From positions 22,555,808 to 22,619,807 of the forward strand of contig CM119269.1 of NCBI GenBank assembly GCA_051294375.1: 64,000 nt of DNA. The letters are read 5' to 3'. This DNA comes from Paraspadella gotoi. Its lineage: Eukaryota > Animalia > Chaetognatha. Under the pieces are notes generated by a model. It made no database searches, was not told where the DNA came from, and saw only the letters and a list, made by a program, of their open reading frames with translations. The translations under genes and the position numbers were made by a program. This document shows positions 25,346 to 38,900 of this stretch, one piece after another. The stretch's first letter is position 1; the number at the start of each line of letters is the position of its first letter.

Positions 25346-26734
25346 ACGACGTCGCGCGCGATACCCCGAAAACTGAAAATTTCATATCGTCGTCCCTTCT
25401 AAAATCCCGAGTAGCTCCCGGTGTTCGGTTGAAGTGCCAAATCGTTCATTTTATCCTTTTTTTTTGGGTGAGAGGTTAAGAGAGACTTTCGTGTGTGGTT
25501 TTCGTGTCGTAATGGACTCTTTCTATTCTCGATCTCGAGAAAGACAATGGACTCTGCCAATCGTGGCATTTTTGTACTTGGATCGATCTTTTTTAGTTTT
25601 TCGCCGTTTTTCCGCCGGGTTAATGAGCCACGTAGTACTCAAAATAAACCTATTTTGATGAAACATTTGTTGATTTTTTTTAGTTTTCAAAATTATTAAT
25701 AAGAATATAATTTATCACAAGATCACCCTGCTGGATCGTTTTTTCTTCTGCTCTATTATTGCTTGTGAAAAGCTGCAGTACTTAAAGAGATGCAACTTCG
25801 GTATTATACACTACAACCACACCCACTGAATAAATTAAAGTTGTTACATTGATTTAAGAAAGATAACTTAGATTAGAACGACATTTTATAGTTATATTGA
25901 CGAAGAAAGCTAGCTTTTAATGAATATTTTTTTTTTTAAATTAATAATTAGTTAGTCCCTCGAATTACTAATCACTTATAAAAATTATTTATAAACAAAC
26001 TTAATAGATTAGAAACTTCAATAAAGAAAGAAAAGCTGTCACTGCTGCTCCGTGCAGTTATTTATTAGGAGCCTTCGCCACCGGTCTTACTTCAAAGGTG
26101 AGGAGTTAGGAATTAGTTTTGAAAGACAATAGAATAGATTGGCCATACATAGTAATTATAACCGAAACTGGAATGTGATGTAACTGGTTTAGAAATTGAC
26201 TTAAAAATTAATTTGTTTAAAGAAATACGCTTTTGTTAAGGTTGGCGACGTGAAACTACAAGGATCCCTTAATTAGTGCATGGAAATCGATGGAATCATT
26301 TGCACGGATATTTGATTGTTTTTGTTGTGTAAGTCTGTATGTAAATTGTGAAATTTAAAATATTTTGCCAATTTGACGCAGACGTTAAGAAGATTATTGA
26401 GTGGGTACCGATTCGATTTAGTTTGGGTCACATTTTAAAGGATCAAAGTGACTTTCATATACTTGAACAAAATTGTTAATATTTTCATAGACTTCGTTGA
26501 TATTTTTGGTTTATATTTTGAAAAAGAATACGCATTTAGTTTTTCTCACAGAAATAAAAAGAAACTCGCAAAAAAGAATAAAATGTTTCCCTAATTATTT
26601 TCGTCGATCGCGACGAATTTGGGGAAAGAGAAAACTTGGGGAAAGAGAAAACTCTCTCTCTCTCTCTGTCATCCCCTTTCTTAACTCTCTCTCTTTCTCT
26701 CTCCACCTCGAATCAATCCTTTCCCTCGCTAAAG

Positions 26735-28582
26735 ATGGACGGACGGACTCGAAAACGAATCCGCGAGGCGAAGGGCAAAGCTCGTTCCGAGTTGGACCCT
26801 CGGTCGGGCTGGAACTCTCAAGGCCTCGCCCGCGCCTTCGAGCCCGTCAAATGGAAGTTCGTGGACAATGTGGAGAGGATCGACGCCCGCGTGATCTCCA
26901 AGGAAGAGTTCGTGGCGCGATTCGAACGCCCCCTCCGCCCCGTCGTCATCACCCACGCAACCGACTCTTGGGCGGCCCAGGAAAAGTGGAGCCCCGAGCG
27001 GCTCGCCCGCAAGTACCGCAACCAGCGCTTCAAGTGCGGTGAGGACGATGAGGGATTCAGCGTTAAAGTGAAGACGAAATACTACGTGGCCTACATGCGC
27101 TCCACCGACGACGATAGCCCTCTCTACATCTTTGACTCTTCCTTCGGGGATCACCCCAAGAAGTCCAAACTGCTCGAGGATTACCGGGTCCCGGAATTGT
27201 TCGAGGACGATTTGTTCAGGTGGGGGGAGTGACGCCTATCAAGTATCAAGTAACGCCTATCAAGTCAAGTCTAGTAACAAAGAGGCTAGGGATGAGATCT
27301 GTCCCCTTAGGATCGGAAGAATTTTAAGATTAAAACGTTGACATTATGGCAACGGAGGGACATGTGTGATGCCTGAGGTGTGAGGCATCTCCCGACAACT
27401 GGCGCTCAGGGCTTTGGACCTGCAGTGACCACCCCATCACACTTTAACCAGCGTGACCGTCAGGGGATTGAACCCGGAACTCATGGTTGGTGAACGAGCT
27501 GAGTTTCACCAAGCTATACGGGAGGCAAATTTAGGATTTGCCACAAAACGTTTTTCTTCAATGAGAGAATATTTTAATATTGCCATAGGAATGCAGTCCT
27601 TAAACTGTCCAAAGTCGGGAGACAAGATAAATAATGCATTTAATTAACGGTTAATTATTACATCGGTTTATAACTCTTAGATTCCTCGATTATTATTCCT
27701 TCTTTCATTCCCTTAACCAAAAAGATACGCTGGCGAACGTCGTCGTCCGCCCTATCGATGGTTCGTCATGGGTCCGGCCTTTTCCGGAACCGGAATCCAT
27801 ATCGATCCTCTCGGCACATCAGCTTGGAACGCGCTCGTCAAGGGTCACAAGAGATGGTGTCTCTTGCCCACTCATACCGGTAATTAGTTAATTAGCATAA
27901 TTAAGGTTGTTGTTACTATTTTTATGCTATTTATCGAAATATTACTTAGCCAAGGAACTCATCAAAGTAACTTCGGCCGAGGGCGGGAAGCATCGCGACG
28001 AAGCCATCTCCTGGTTCAGCGTCGTCTACCCGCGTCTCTTTCGCCCCGATTGGCCCAAGGATTGCCCGCCGCTGGAGATCCTGCAGAAGCCGGGCGAGAC
28101 GGTCTTCGTGCCCGGCGGGTGGTGGCATGTCGTCATCAACCTGGACGACACCATCGCCGTCACTCAGGTTATTAGGGGATGAACGCCTTTCCAGAAGAGG
28201 AGGGTAGACATAACAAAAGAGGCTCTCTTAGTCTTACTGTTGCTCTCCCTTCCGCTTTTAGAACTTCGCCTCTCCGACCAACTTCTCCAAGGTGTGGCCC
28301 AAGACCGTCCGCGGTCGGCCCAAACTCTCCAAGAAGTGGCTCGCGGTTCTGCGGGCGGAGAGACCCGAGATCGCCGCCGTAGCCGACTCGGTGGATTTGA
28401 CGAGGGACGAACTCGCTTCGGATTCGTCGTCGGGTAAGGAAGAGCTGGGGGTTTCGACGGGTCGGGTGGTAACTAGTAAGTTCACACCTTTCGAAAATTA
28501 AAGATTAAAACAAATCAGCTACAAGGAAAATTGATTTGTGAGTTTAGGGAAACGAGACAAGGTCGATCCGGCTTTTTAAAGT

Positions 28583-28642
<60 letters not shown>

Positions 28643-30721
28643 TTATTGAAGATCGATGAAAAGCCTCGCGCGGTGTTGAACTTTAGTCTTCGGACTAATA
28701 AACATTTTTTTATCAAAACATTTTATTATTCCGTGAAATTAAGCAAAAACAAAAGAACAAAACAAATTTAAACAACAAAATAAAAGACGAATGACTTAAT
28801 TTAAAGTCTTTTCTGTTTTGTAGGATCCTCGAGTTCGACGTCCGATTCGGAAGACGACGGAAAACCCTGCGAGTGTCGGGAATGTCGGGACCGCGCCCGA
28901 CGCCAAGCGGCCAAACAAAACCGCGCCGACGAGCATCCGGACGGCGTCGGCGACGGGAGTCTTAGCGCCGACTCTGAATCTGATTCTCCCGGCGAGGTCA
29001 AGTAAGTATTTGGGGGGGGGTTCTATAGTTTTTGATGACATGTAGTTGACATAATTATAAAAGAAAACATCTTAAGAAAACCGAATCGAAAAATCATACA
29101 AATGAAACTATTAAAATGAACCACAAGTTACCCTGTTACAAGTTGGCGAGACTATAACAGGGTGATATATCTGTATTAAATTGTTAAATGAAATTCTAAA
29201 TAGTTAACTAGAATAAATAAGCCTGAGTTTTTTCATCTTGGAAACTGAAATTCCAAGACCGGTCAATTCACCACTAAAACAGGGTGTTATATGGTGATGA
29301 TAGAATGGTTACCCTGATTATACATGACATCGGGTAATATAGGTTCAGTGGATATTTAACTAGTGACTTAATGGTTTGGACTTTGAAGGCTACTTGACTG
29401 GCTTTTTGATAAGACTAATGAACTAGAGAGTTAGGCTTGCAATGTATTCAAGTAATATTCAAGTAATATTCAAGTAATATTCAAGTACTAATCAAGAGCT
29501 AGCAAGGGCATAGTGGTTCAAACCGACCCTTGTGATCCTCGCTGACTAAGGGATAATTCTCTGAGAATATCTTTCTTACTAAACATAGAAAAGTCAGCTG
29601 GAATTTCAAGAATAATTAGTTGTAAACTAGCAAATATGATAAATAAATTATTAATTATTTAGCTATTAATTTAACCACAAACAAACGTGATCATTTACCA
29701 ATTTAAAATATTAATATTAAACCTTTAGGGCATTAGAACAAAAATTTATCAAAGCTTAATCAGAATACGACAATATGCAAATGAGATTTAGGAACTTAAT
29801 CTCATTTGAGTTAATCCACAAATTAATCTGCTACAAGACTTGCAAATCAAATTTGTTTCTTTCCTCAATCAGGTCGTCCTCCCTGAGTCGATCTCGAAGC
29901 CGTTCGGTGGCTCGATCAAGGGATCGCTCGCGAAGTCGCTCTCTAAATGGCTCTCGTAATCGTTCCGGTAATCGGTCTCGCAGTCGCTCGCGAAGCCGTT
30001 CCGCGAATCGTTCGAGAAATCGCTTTTCCAATCGCTCGCGGAGTCCCTCGCAAAGTCGCTCGCGGAGTCGCTCTCAAAATCGCTCGCAGAGCCGAACTCC
30101 AAATCGCTCGCGAAGTCGCTCTCGTAGCGAGAGGTTCGGCGCCACCAACTCTCGGAACGGATCTCGACATCGCAGCGCCAGCGGAGGTGGTTCCCCCGGC
30201 GGCAGCGCCTCCAGCGGCCGGTCGCGCGGTCGATCCAAGACTCCCTCGCGCAGCAGCTCGCGATCACCCCGCCGCCGTAGACGCAGCGACAGCCGCTCCA
30301 CCACCCCGACGCCGAAGCGACGCCGCTTCGACAGCGGAACCTCAGCCGGACGGAGCCGCGGCGACGGCGGACAGAGCGACGGCGCTCCCTCGCCCAACGT
30401 CAGCACGTCGCCGTCGTCGTCGGCGTCACTGCCTTCGCCGTCCAGCGTCGTTACCAGGTGCGGTGTGGTACAATTGCTGTATTTTTATCTATAACAGTTA
30501 TCTCCCTTGAATTTTGATAGCATGCGCAAAGTCGAAGGAAGATCGCTTATTCATTAAATATTTGGTAATTTTTCATTTTACATTTCACATAATATTTTAA
30601 TATTAATTGTAATTTTCCTAGCGCTCCTTCGGAACCAAAGAGGCGACCGTCTTCGCCCTTCGATTCTTCGACGCGCGACGCAAAATTGAATCGCGATTAT
30701 TCGTCCAAACCGATCAGATGA
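26735..30721 (+). CDS. JMJD6: JmjC hydroxylase JMJD6/PSR with C-terminal RS-rich extension
   Basis: [89 protein letters not shown]; downstream exons splice in frame to stop 30719-30721. Confidence 0.95.
27345..27525 (-). mobile_element. tRNA-derived SINE-like element in JMJD6 intron 1
   Basis: On the - strand: A-box-like TAGCTTGGTG, B-box GGTTCAATCCC, then a non-tRNA body ending GTTGCCATA. Confidence 0.65.
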
Positions 30722-31611
30722 CGTCGCGCCCCTTGAGACGAGAACGCTCAAAACGAGGCCGCCGAGGACGATGGATTGGACGAGCGTCGCCGACGACGAC
30801 GACGACGACTCCGGCCTCTTTTGACTTTTTATCGAAATTATATTTTCTTTTTGGAAAAAAAAATAAACAAAAATTCGCGTGGAAATAATCGGATCTCTTC
30901 TTTTCGTTCTTTTTTTTTCGATCGTCGTTAATTATATATGACATCGCGTATTTATATATAAAATTCAATGATGACGCATCTTCTTCGTTTGCGGTTTTTT
31001 TTATTTTGGTACGACTATGCCAAAAACTTTTTCTTTTTTGTGCGTGTTATTAGGTGGCCATAACTTTTCTTCTTTTTTTTTCTTTTACTGTTCGTTTGAA
31101 ACTAGTTCGAGTAACGGGAGATAAGTGAGGGCGATTTTGTTGGATACTTAGGGTTTTAAACGGGTTTTAAACGGGTTTAGTTTTGTTCCTAAAGGGTTTT
31201 CAATAGGTTTTCTGACTTTGTTTCATTAAAATCCCCATTAAGTTCACAACATTCAAGTCTTTTTAAGCTTATTTCCCAACTCACTTTTTTAGCCGATATG
31301 AAATTTTAAAGTACATTCTTTGGCCTTTCTTTGACCTTATTTGGTTTAGAGCCCATGATTTGGCCTTTCTAGGCCTCCCATATCTCGCCCTTTTCTCTCT
31401 CTTTCCTTCGATCAGTTTCGCCAAAAGAGATTTTCGGCCTTCGAATTAAATTCTTCGAATTCGAAAAAAAAAACAAGCCAACTCTCGTCTCAATTAAGCG
31501 CCATTAATTGTTTCCAACTGTTATTTTGACATTTCAGCCTTTTGTTTGTTAGATAAACAAACAAAAACACCACCAAAAGACTTTAGAATAAAAAAAACTA
31601 AAAAACAAAAG

Positions 31612-33523
31612 ATGTCTTCGAACTTTCCTCCCCGTTACGGCAACCCCCACCCGCCGAGAGGATTCTTCAACAACCCCCACCCACCTTCTTCCAACTTCGC
31701 CTTTCCACCTCCTGGCGCCCCCCACCTCCCGATGCCCCCACCCCGCCCCCCGCTTTTACCCACGCCGCCCGGAGTGGCGCCCATGCCGCCCGGAGTGGCG
31801 CCGGTGCCGCCCGGAGTATCGGCCGCGCCGCCGCCGCCGCCACCTCCGCCGCCGCCGCCGCCGCCGATGGAGGCGAATAAGAAGTTCGATCAGTTCTACA
31901 CGGAGGTGAAGCAGATCGAAGCCCGCGACGCGGTGATGACGCCCACGCAGCAGATCGACCGGCTGTTGCGGCCAGGATCAACCTACTTCAATCTCAACCC
32001 TTTCGAAGTTCTGCAGGTTGCTGTTTAGATTGGAAAGAGGGGAAGAGGAGAGGAGAGGCCGCGAGGGGGATAGGATTTGACAATTAGAGGGAAATCATCT
32101 ACATTTAAAACTCATACGAGATTTATAGTCTTTGATTGAAAGTTCGTGGGGTTCCGCCATGTTAAGATCTTGAAAGAGAGATGGAGATATTAACTCACCA
32201 TAGCCTGTTCAAAGTCAGGGTCAAGAGAGATTTGTTGAATCAATGATCACTGCAGGATAATTTTTATATATTTTTTAATAGAAATAATGAATCTTGTTAC
32301 TTTCTAGTAGTCAAGCTTTGAAAACGGTATATTCATGTATATTTGTGTCTGCGTTTTTGAAAAATCGTCCGTATAAACGGGGGAGTACGATCAACCTCTA
32401 AGATTACTTAAATATGATAAATTTAATAGTAATAAAACCTAAACGCTTTATTCATAATTTCTGGTATAAATTTTAATAATTAAACAGTTAGGCCACATTT
32501 TTTTGGGAGTTAACTCGACGATTTCAAATTCTAGGGGCGACCAGTTGTTCCATGACACGATGGTCACAGTGAATGGTACGTACTATGAGTTATCTGGGGC
32601 GGGGGTCTCAAAAGAAAAGACGCCTCAGTTTACATTATTATCTTTGGCCAAAGAGGCGAACAATATGTACATTGGTTAAAGATTTCGATCGTCGTTGTTA
32701 TCCCCCAGAATCTTTTTTCCTCTTCTTCAGGTCGATCCCGAACTCCCTCTCTCGGAAATGAAGAAGGCCTATCGTCGTCTCTCCATCTTGGTCCATCCCG
32801 ACAAGAACGCGGACCACACCGACCGCGCCCAGTTGGCCTTCGAGGCCGTCAACAAGGCCTGGAAGATGGTCGAGGACGAGACGGAGCTCAAAAAGGCCAA
32901 GGAGGTCATCGATGAGGCCAAGATCAAGACGGACGCTATGGTGAGAGGCCAAAATGGCCATAAGTAGGACAAAGAGTTTCACTCGATTCTCGTTTCCTCA
33001 GTTGAAAGAGAAACGTAAGAAAGCGAAGAAAGAAACGGGTAAAGAAGATATTGACGAGGACGATCCCGTCAAGTACAGACACGCCTGTTACGTCATGACC
33101 TGCAAACTCTTTGCCGATTTGGAGAGACTGAGGAAGGAAGGGGAGATGAAACAGGCCGAAGCCAAGTGAGATGGGGGGGGGGAAGTGCGATGATTAATGT
33201 TGAGTTTCTATTCCAGTTTTAATATTATTTATACATATTTAAATCATATTTCCATTCTCAGAAAGCGAAAGGCGGCAGAGGAGGAAGAAGAAAAAGAAAG
33301 GAAGAAATTACAAGCAGAATGGGAAAAGAATTACGAGGTAAAACAAGATGGTTATGATATAAATGATATTAATGATATTATCTGAAAATGACGAATTATC
33401 GAATGACAGGAAAGTCGAACGGAACGCGTGACGAGTTGGCGAGACTTTCAGGGGAAAAAAGCCAAATCCAAGAAGCACAAGGATCTTAGGCCGCCGAAGC
33501 TGAAACCCGAACAGCGCGATTGA
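31612..33523 (+). CDS. DNAJC8: DnaJ homolog subfamily C member 8 (spliceosome-associated)
   Basis: FYTEVKQIEARDAVMTPTQQIDRLLRPGSTYFNLNPFEVLQ, YRRLSILVHPDKN, WEKNYEESRTERVTSWRDF, LRPPKLKPEQR. Confidence 0.95.
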
Positions 33524-34067
33524 CTGACCGACTTGCATTTTCAAATTTTTCCCATTTTTATTTTGCTTATAACACAAATTCTTGTAATCGTTATCGACTA
33601 GTAGAGTGAAATTTTAAAAAAAATTCTTCTTTGTTCTCTCCCCATCATCATTAATTTTCGACCTTTTCAGAAATATCAATATCGTTTTTTTTACTCAAGG
33701 TTATTAAATATCCAATGTCACATTCGTATTAATTACTGCAGAAAAAAACCTTTTTTTAAAATTTTGACCGTTTCTCTTTAAAACTAACGTCAACTTGTCA
33801 TAAAAATATTCTTGATTCGCTTCTGCTAAAAATAGTAGCCTATCCCTGTTTACCTCAAGTTTTGTCTTCATAGAAATATGAAACTGAAGTAAAAAAAAAC
33901 AAAAAAAAAACAATACGCATGTCTCGGACATTTCATCCGACGAATTAGAATGTTTCACGGATCGATGCGAACTTGAAAGAAAATTCATCACCCGAAAACT
34001 AGTCAAAAGAGGAAAAACGAGAAGAAATAAACCTCAAAATAATCGATTCTTGCATTTCTGAGAAATC

Positions 34068-35200
34068 ATGGTGACTGTCGACGAAAGTGACGTCTTGACA
34101 ACGTTGAAGATCCTCATCATCGGAGAGAGCGGCGTTGGAAAGAGCAGGTCCTAATGGTTTTGACTAATCTTGATAATCTCATTTGCATATTGCAGCACTT
34201 TGAAAGTCTAAAGTTTAACTTTCGGATCACTCGGTATCATTCTAATAATTGATTAGGGAGATTTGGACATTCCCTTATTCTTCTCTCACATACGTATAGT
34301 AGACTTTAAACACTCAAAATTATTAATAAATTAAATCATTTTGCTTATTCTTTCAGCCTCCTGCTTCGGTTCACGGACGACACGTTCGATCCGGAACAAG
34401 CGGCGACCATCGGCGTCGATTTTAAAGTAAAGACTCTCAGCGTCTCCGGGAACAAAGCGAAACTTGCCATTTGGGACACGGCCGGCCAGGAACGATTCAG
34501 GCAATTGTTTTATAACAATCTCATGTTAATAATAGAATTGTTTCTGTTAAATCCTAAATTGTTCTAATGGCAGAACTTTGACGCCGTCGTATTATCGCGG
34601 CGCCCAAGGCGTCATCCTCGTGTACGATGTCAGCGTCAGAAACACTTTCTTACAACTCAACGCTTGGCTTAACGAGTTGGAGACCTTCGCTACGAAGTGA
34701 GATTCTTAGAAAAATAATTATTTTTTTGTCAGAAATAATCCTTAGCCAATGTTTAAAAATATATTTTTCTGACTTTTTTAGGCATGACCTCATCAAAATG
34801 CTCGTGGGAAATAAAATCGACCGAGAAAATCGGGAGGTGACGACGGAAGAAGGAATTCGATTCGCAAAAAGGTTTGACAATGAAGTTTATTGATTATTTA
34901 TTACTAATTAAACTAAATCTAATGTTTAAATTGAAGACATTCCATGCTGTTCATCGAAGCAAGTGCCAAAACCAAGGAGGGAGTCATGATTGCCTTTGAA
35001 GAATTAGTCGAAAAGGTGAGCTAATGTGTTTTAACTAATACAAATTCGATATCCAATTGATATCCAATTGGTTCGATATCCAGATCATCCAAACTCCGGG
35101 CTTATGGGAAAATTCAACGACACCAAAATCCATAAACTTAGAAGGAAACACGAATTCAGGCGGAAACAATCCGGGAAATGGTGGTGGTTGTTTATGCTGA
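34068..35200 (+). CDS. RAB18: Rab18 small GTPase
   Basis: [89 protein letters not shown]-terminal CLC prenylation motif. Confidence 0.96.
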
Positions 35201-35904
35201 TAGTTCACGGTTGACCTTTGGGCTGATGAGCGTGAAACCTTTAGCTCTATTTATCAAGTATGGTGAACCTGGTGGTATTATTTGATTGAGAGAGAGAGAG
35301 AGAGATACGCAATCCAGTTGCGCACCAAAATGAGCTGTTACCCTCGAAAGAAATAATTTCCTAATATTATTCGTTATTATTTTTGAACGTGGATAAAATA
35401 TTTTTAAAAATAGTCATTGAAACGTTTTTTAGAAAATTAGTATTTGTAGTGGGGTTTAGCTAATTTTTTTTGTTGCGCGTTTTATGTTTCATAATTCATA
35501 TCGATCTGATCAGTTATTTTTTGCAATACTGTTATCATAATCATGCATTTTGTAAAGTTTTTTGTTGCAAGTGCCTAATTTTTTAAATTTTTTAAAACTA
35601 AAATAACGAAATATTTTACTTTTGTCTCGTTTTTGTTAACCTTATGTAAATTTTTATAAAGGCATCGCAAGTATTTTACTTACATTGTTGGGGAAGGGGA
35701 AATTATAAGAAACAATAAATCAAAATAACAATTACAAAAGTTGGAGGAAAATAAAATTAGAGTTAATAGTTTGTAATAACAAATCTGTAAATTTTATTAA
35801 GTCGATTTGATCACGTGCCCCTTTAAAAAAACTACCAGTTGATTCGGATCTTCTATAAATGCTTTTTTATTTGTTTAGTTTTTTAAGAAAATCCAACCCT
35901 GACA

Positions 35905-38900
35905 ATGTCGATGACAAAAGTAGGAAATTTCTACAAATCCCTCCCTCGGGATTTGTGCTCCCCCCTCCTCTTTCAAATCCAATCCCGCCTCAACAATCAA
36001 TCGAGACACATGGCGCAAATGTCAAAATGGGACAAGGACCCGCTTCCTTATGCCAAACTCAACAAGAACTTAGACATTATCAAAAAGAGATTGAATCGCC
36101 CCATGACGCTGAGCGAGAAGATATTGTACAGTCACATTGACGATCCGCAGAAACAAGGTGGGTTTTGGGAAAGAGGTCAAGTAGCTTACTCTAATTTAAA
36201 GATTGTGTGAATGCCTTAATTTTCTTATTCGAATTCAATGAAGTGAATATGGCTACAGCCAGGTTGCCTGTGATGCCCATTGGTATGGGGAAATCTCACT
36301 GTTGGCTTTGGGGGCTTCCGACCCTTAGTGACGCCTCCTGTCACTGGCGCGGTTTCGCTAGGACGGTCTCGCTTTGCCAACGCAGAGGGAAGTCGTTAGG
36401 ACTGTGGATGGAACGCAACGCAATGCCTGGGATGGTGCGTTCCCCCTCTGAGCCAGTGCGATTGGCTGAACGATGATGGGTGTGAGGCGGTGTGAATATA
36501 CCGCCACATGAACTCATTTAATTTTCAGACATCGAGAGAGGCGTTTCATACTTGAAACTTCGTCCCGATCGCGTGGCGATGCAAGATGCCACAGCCCAAA
36601 TGGCCATTATTCAGGTAAAAAGAGAAATGAGAAAATCATTTTAGGGATATTATTCTAAAAATATTCTCGTTTATTCCCAAGTTCATATCCAGCGGTCTGC
36701 CAAGAGTAGCTGTCCCATCCACCGTTCACTGCGATCACTTAATTCAAGTGAGAAATATCTTAAACGACACTGATGTTTGAGAGGACGGAACTATTCACAA
36801 TTCAAGCGTGAATTTCACTCTCCCTCTCTTCTTAGGCTCGCGACGGTAGCGCCGCTGATCTGAAGCGAGCGAACGACGTCAATGGAGAAGTCTACAAGTT
36901 CCTTTCCTCCGCTTCCAAGAAATTCGGTCTCGGGTTCTGGAAACCCGGGAGCGGCATCATCCATCAGATCGTCCTCGAGAACTACGCCTTCCCCGGTCTC
37001 CTTATGATCGGCACCGACTCGCACACCCCCAACGGCGGCGGGCTCGGAGGTCAGACCCCCCTTTTTAAATAGCAAAGGATAATGCCGGAGGCTGGGGGGG
37101 GGTGTGTTGTTGTCGTCGAAATTAGAAAAAATATGTAATAAAGTGGAACAGATTTTGCGTTAACGACTACGATGACTACAAAGATAACTGCGACCGATAC
37201 CTTGTGATTTTGCGTCGAATAAAAAGCCGAGCGCGTTTTTGCATCAACGTAATAGTGAAGGCCAGCGATGGACGTCCACAGAGATTGTCTACAGTAAATG
37301 TGATTGAGAGACGCTCGATCGAAAGGCAGACTTGTTGAGAGTCGATTGACGCCCGTGCAATGGCGATTGTGTCGAGGGCTCGTCCGTGCATTGGTCGAAA
37401 AAGGGCGATGGAAGAGCTTTTCAACCAGATTCTGAGTCTCGTAATGTGAAAAGTCGCCTTTCTTTTATTTCCTTGGATTTCGTGATCTTTCACTGATTTC
37501 TCCTTTTTGAATCGGGTTTCATTTTCTTGATTAATGATTACAAGCGGATCCGCTGGTTGGGAGCGGATATGCAGTGGACGAGCCCGGGCTTGTTTATGGC
37601 CTTGACAAGCTGAGAGCCTAAGACTTATCGCGAAAAAAATGTACATACATACGTTAAAGGTTTACATTTTGAGCTTTAAGGAATACAGAGTTAACACGTG
37701 CCGTGGGTTGTCGTGGAGTGTTGCCGAATGTAGCCTCATAACATAACCTTATATCGGATATAAGACGGACAGTCTTTCCTGCACGAATTATGTATGTTTT
37801 TTTCCATGAAATAAAAGCAAAGTAAAAATGGAAAATACAATAAATATGCTATCTTGCCCCTGACAATGGAGTGTATGTTGGGTTACGTCCTCCGTCCGTT
37901 TTTAAAACTAATGACATATCTAATATGATTCGTTTCAATCAATTTTTTGATTGATTTAAATTTTCCCGCGCGCTTTTTCGTCCAGGCTTGTGCATCGGAG
38001 TTGGCGGGGCAGACGCGGTGGACGTGATGGCCGGACTTCCCTGGGAACTCAAGTGTCCCAAAGTGATCGGCGTGAAACTCACGGGAAAGATGTCGGGCTG
38101 GACCTCGGCCAAAGATATCATCACCAAAGTCGCCGGAATTCTCACCGTCAAGGTTCGACGCCGAAAAAAGATTTGTGATTATAAACTGGCGCCCTTTTAT
38201 TTCACCTGGCGCCGCTTTCTTTTTCAGGGCGGAACCGGCGCCATCGTCGAGTATTACGGTCCCGGCGTGGATTCGGTCTCCTGCACGGGAATGGCGACGG
38301 TTTGCAACATGGGAGCGGAAATCGGCGCCACCACCTCCGTCTTCCCTTTCAATCAGTAAAAAGATGAAAAGATGAGAAGAAAATGGACATCTCTACCTCT
38401 ATTTGACTCCCTCTCTATCTTTTTCAGACGAATGGGCGACTACTTGGCCGCGACGGGGCGAGGGCAGATCGCCGACGAAGCCTCCAAGTATAAGGATCTT
38501 CTCAGTCCAGACGGAGATGCCAATTACGACCAGGTTTAACTGGTTTCGTTTTTCAATTCCCCCTTTTGATACTTCTTGGTTCGTTTTTTTTTCGTTTTAG
38601 TTTTAACATTTCGTCCGTATTATTTTATTTAAATCAAACCCGTTTCTCCTTTTCCCCCAGGTCATCGATCTGGACTTGTCAAAGTTGGAACCTCACGTCA
38701 ACGGTCCCTTCACCCCCGATTTGGCCACGCCCATTTCCAAGATGAAAGCGGTAAAGAATTTTATCTTTAAAACATTTAATTTGACACCAGAAATGAGAAG
38801 CGAATTAAATACTATGGAGTTTCCCTCTTTGCTTTTTCAAGGTGGCCACGAAAGAAGGTTGGCCTTTGGACGTTAAAGTCGGCCTCATCGGATCCTGCAC

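Noticed and set aside
35189-35200. Rab18 ending in CxC instead of vertebrate CAAX
   Set aside because: CxC is a standard Rab prenylation motif; not novel
35205-35250. CTGATGA-gcgt-GAAA hammerhead-like core in the Rab18 3' UTR
   Set aside because: Stem I cannot be closed next to the core in either type I or type III topology
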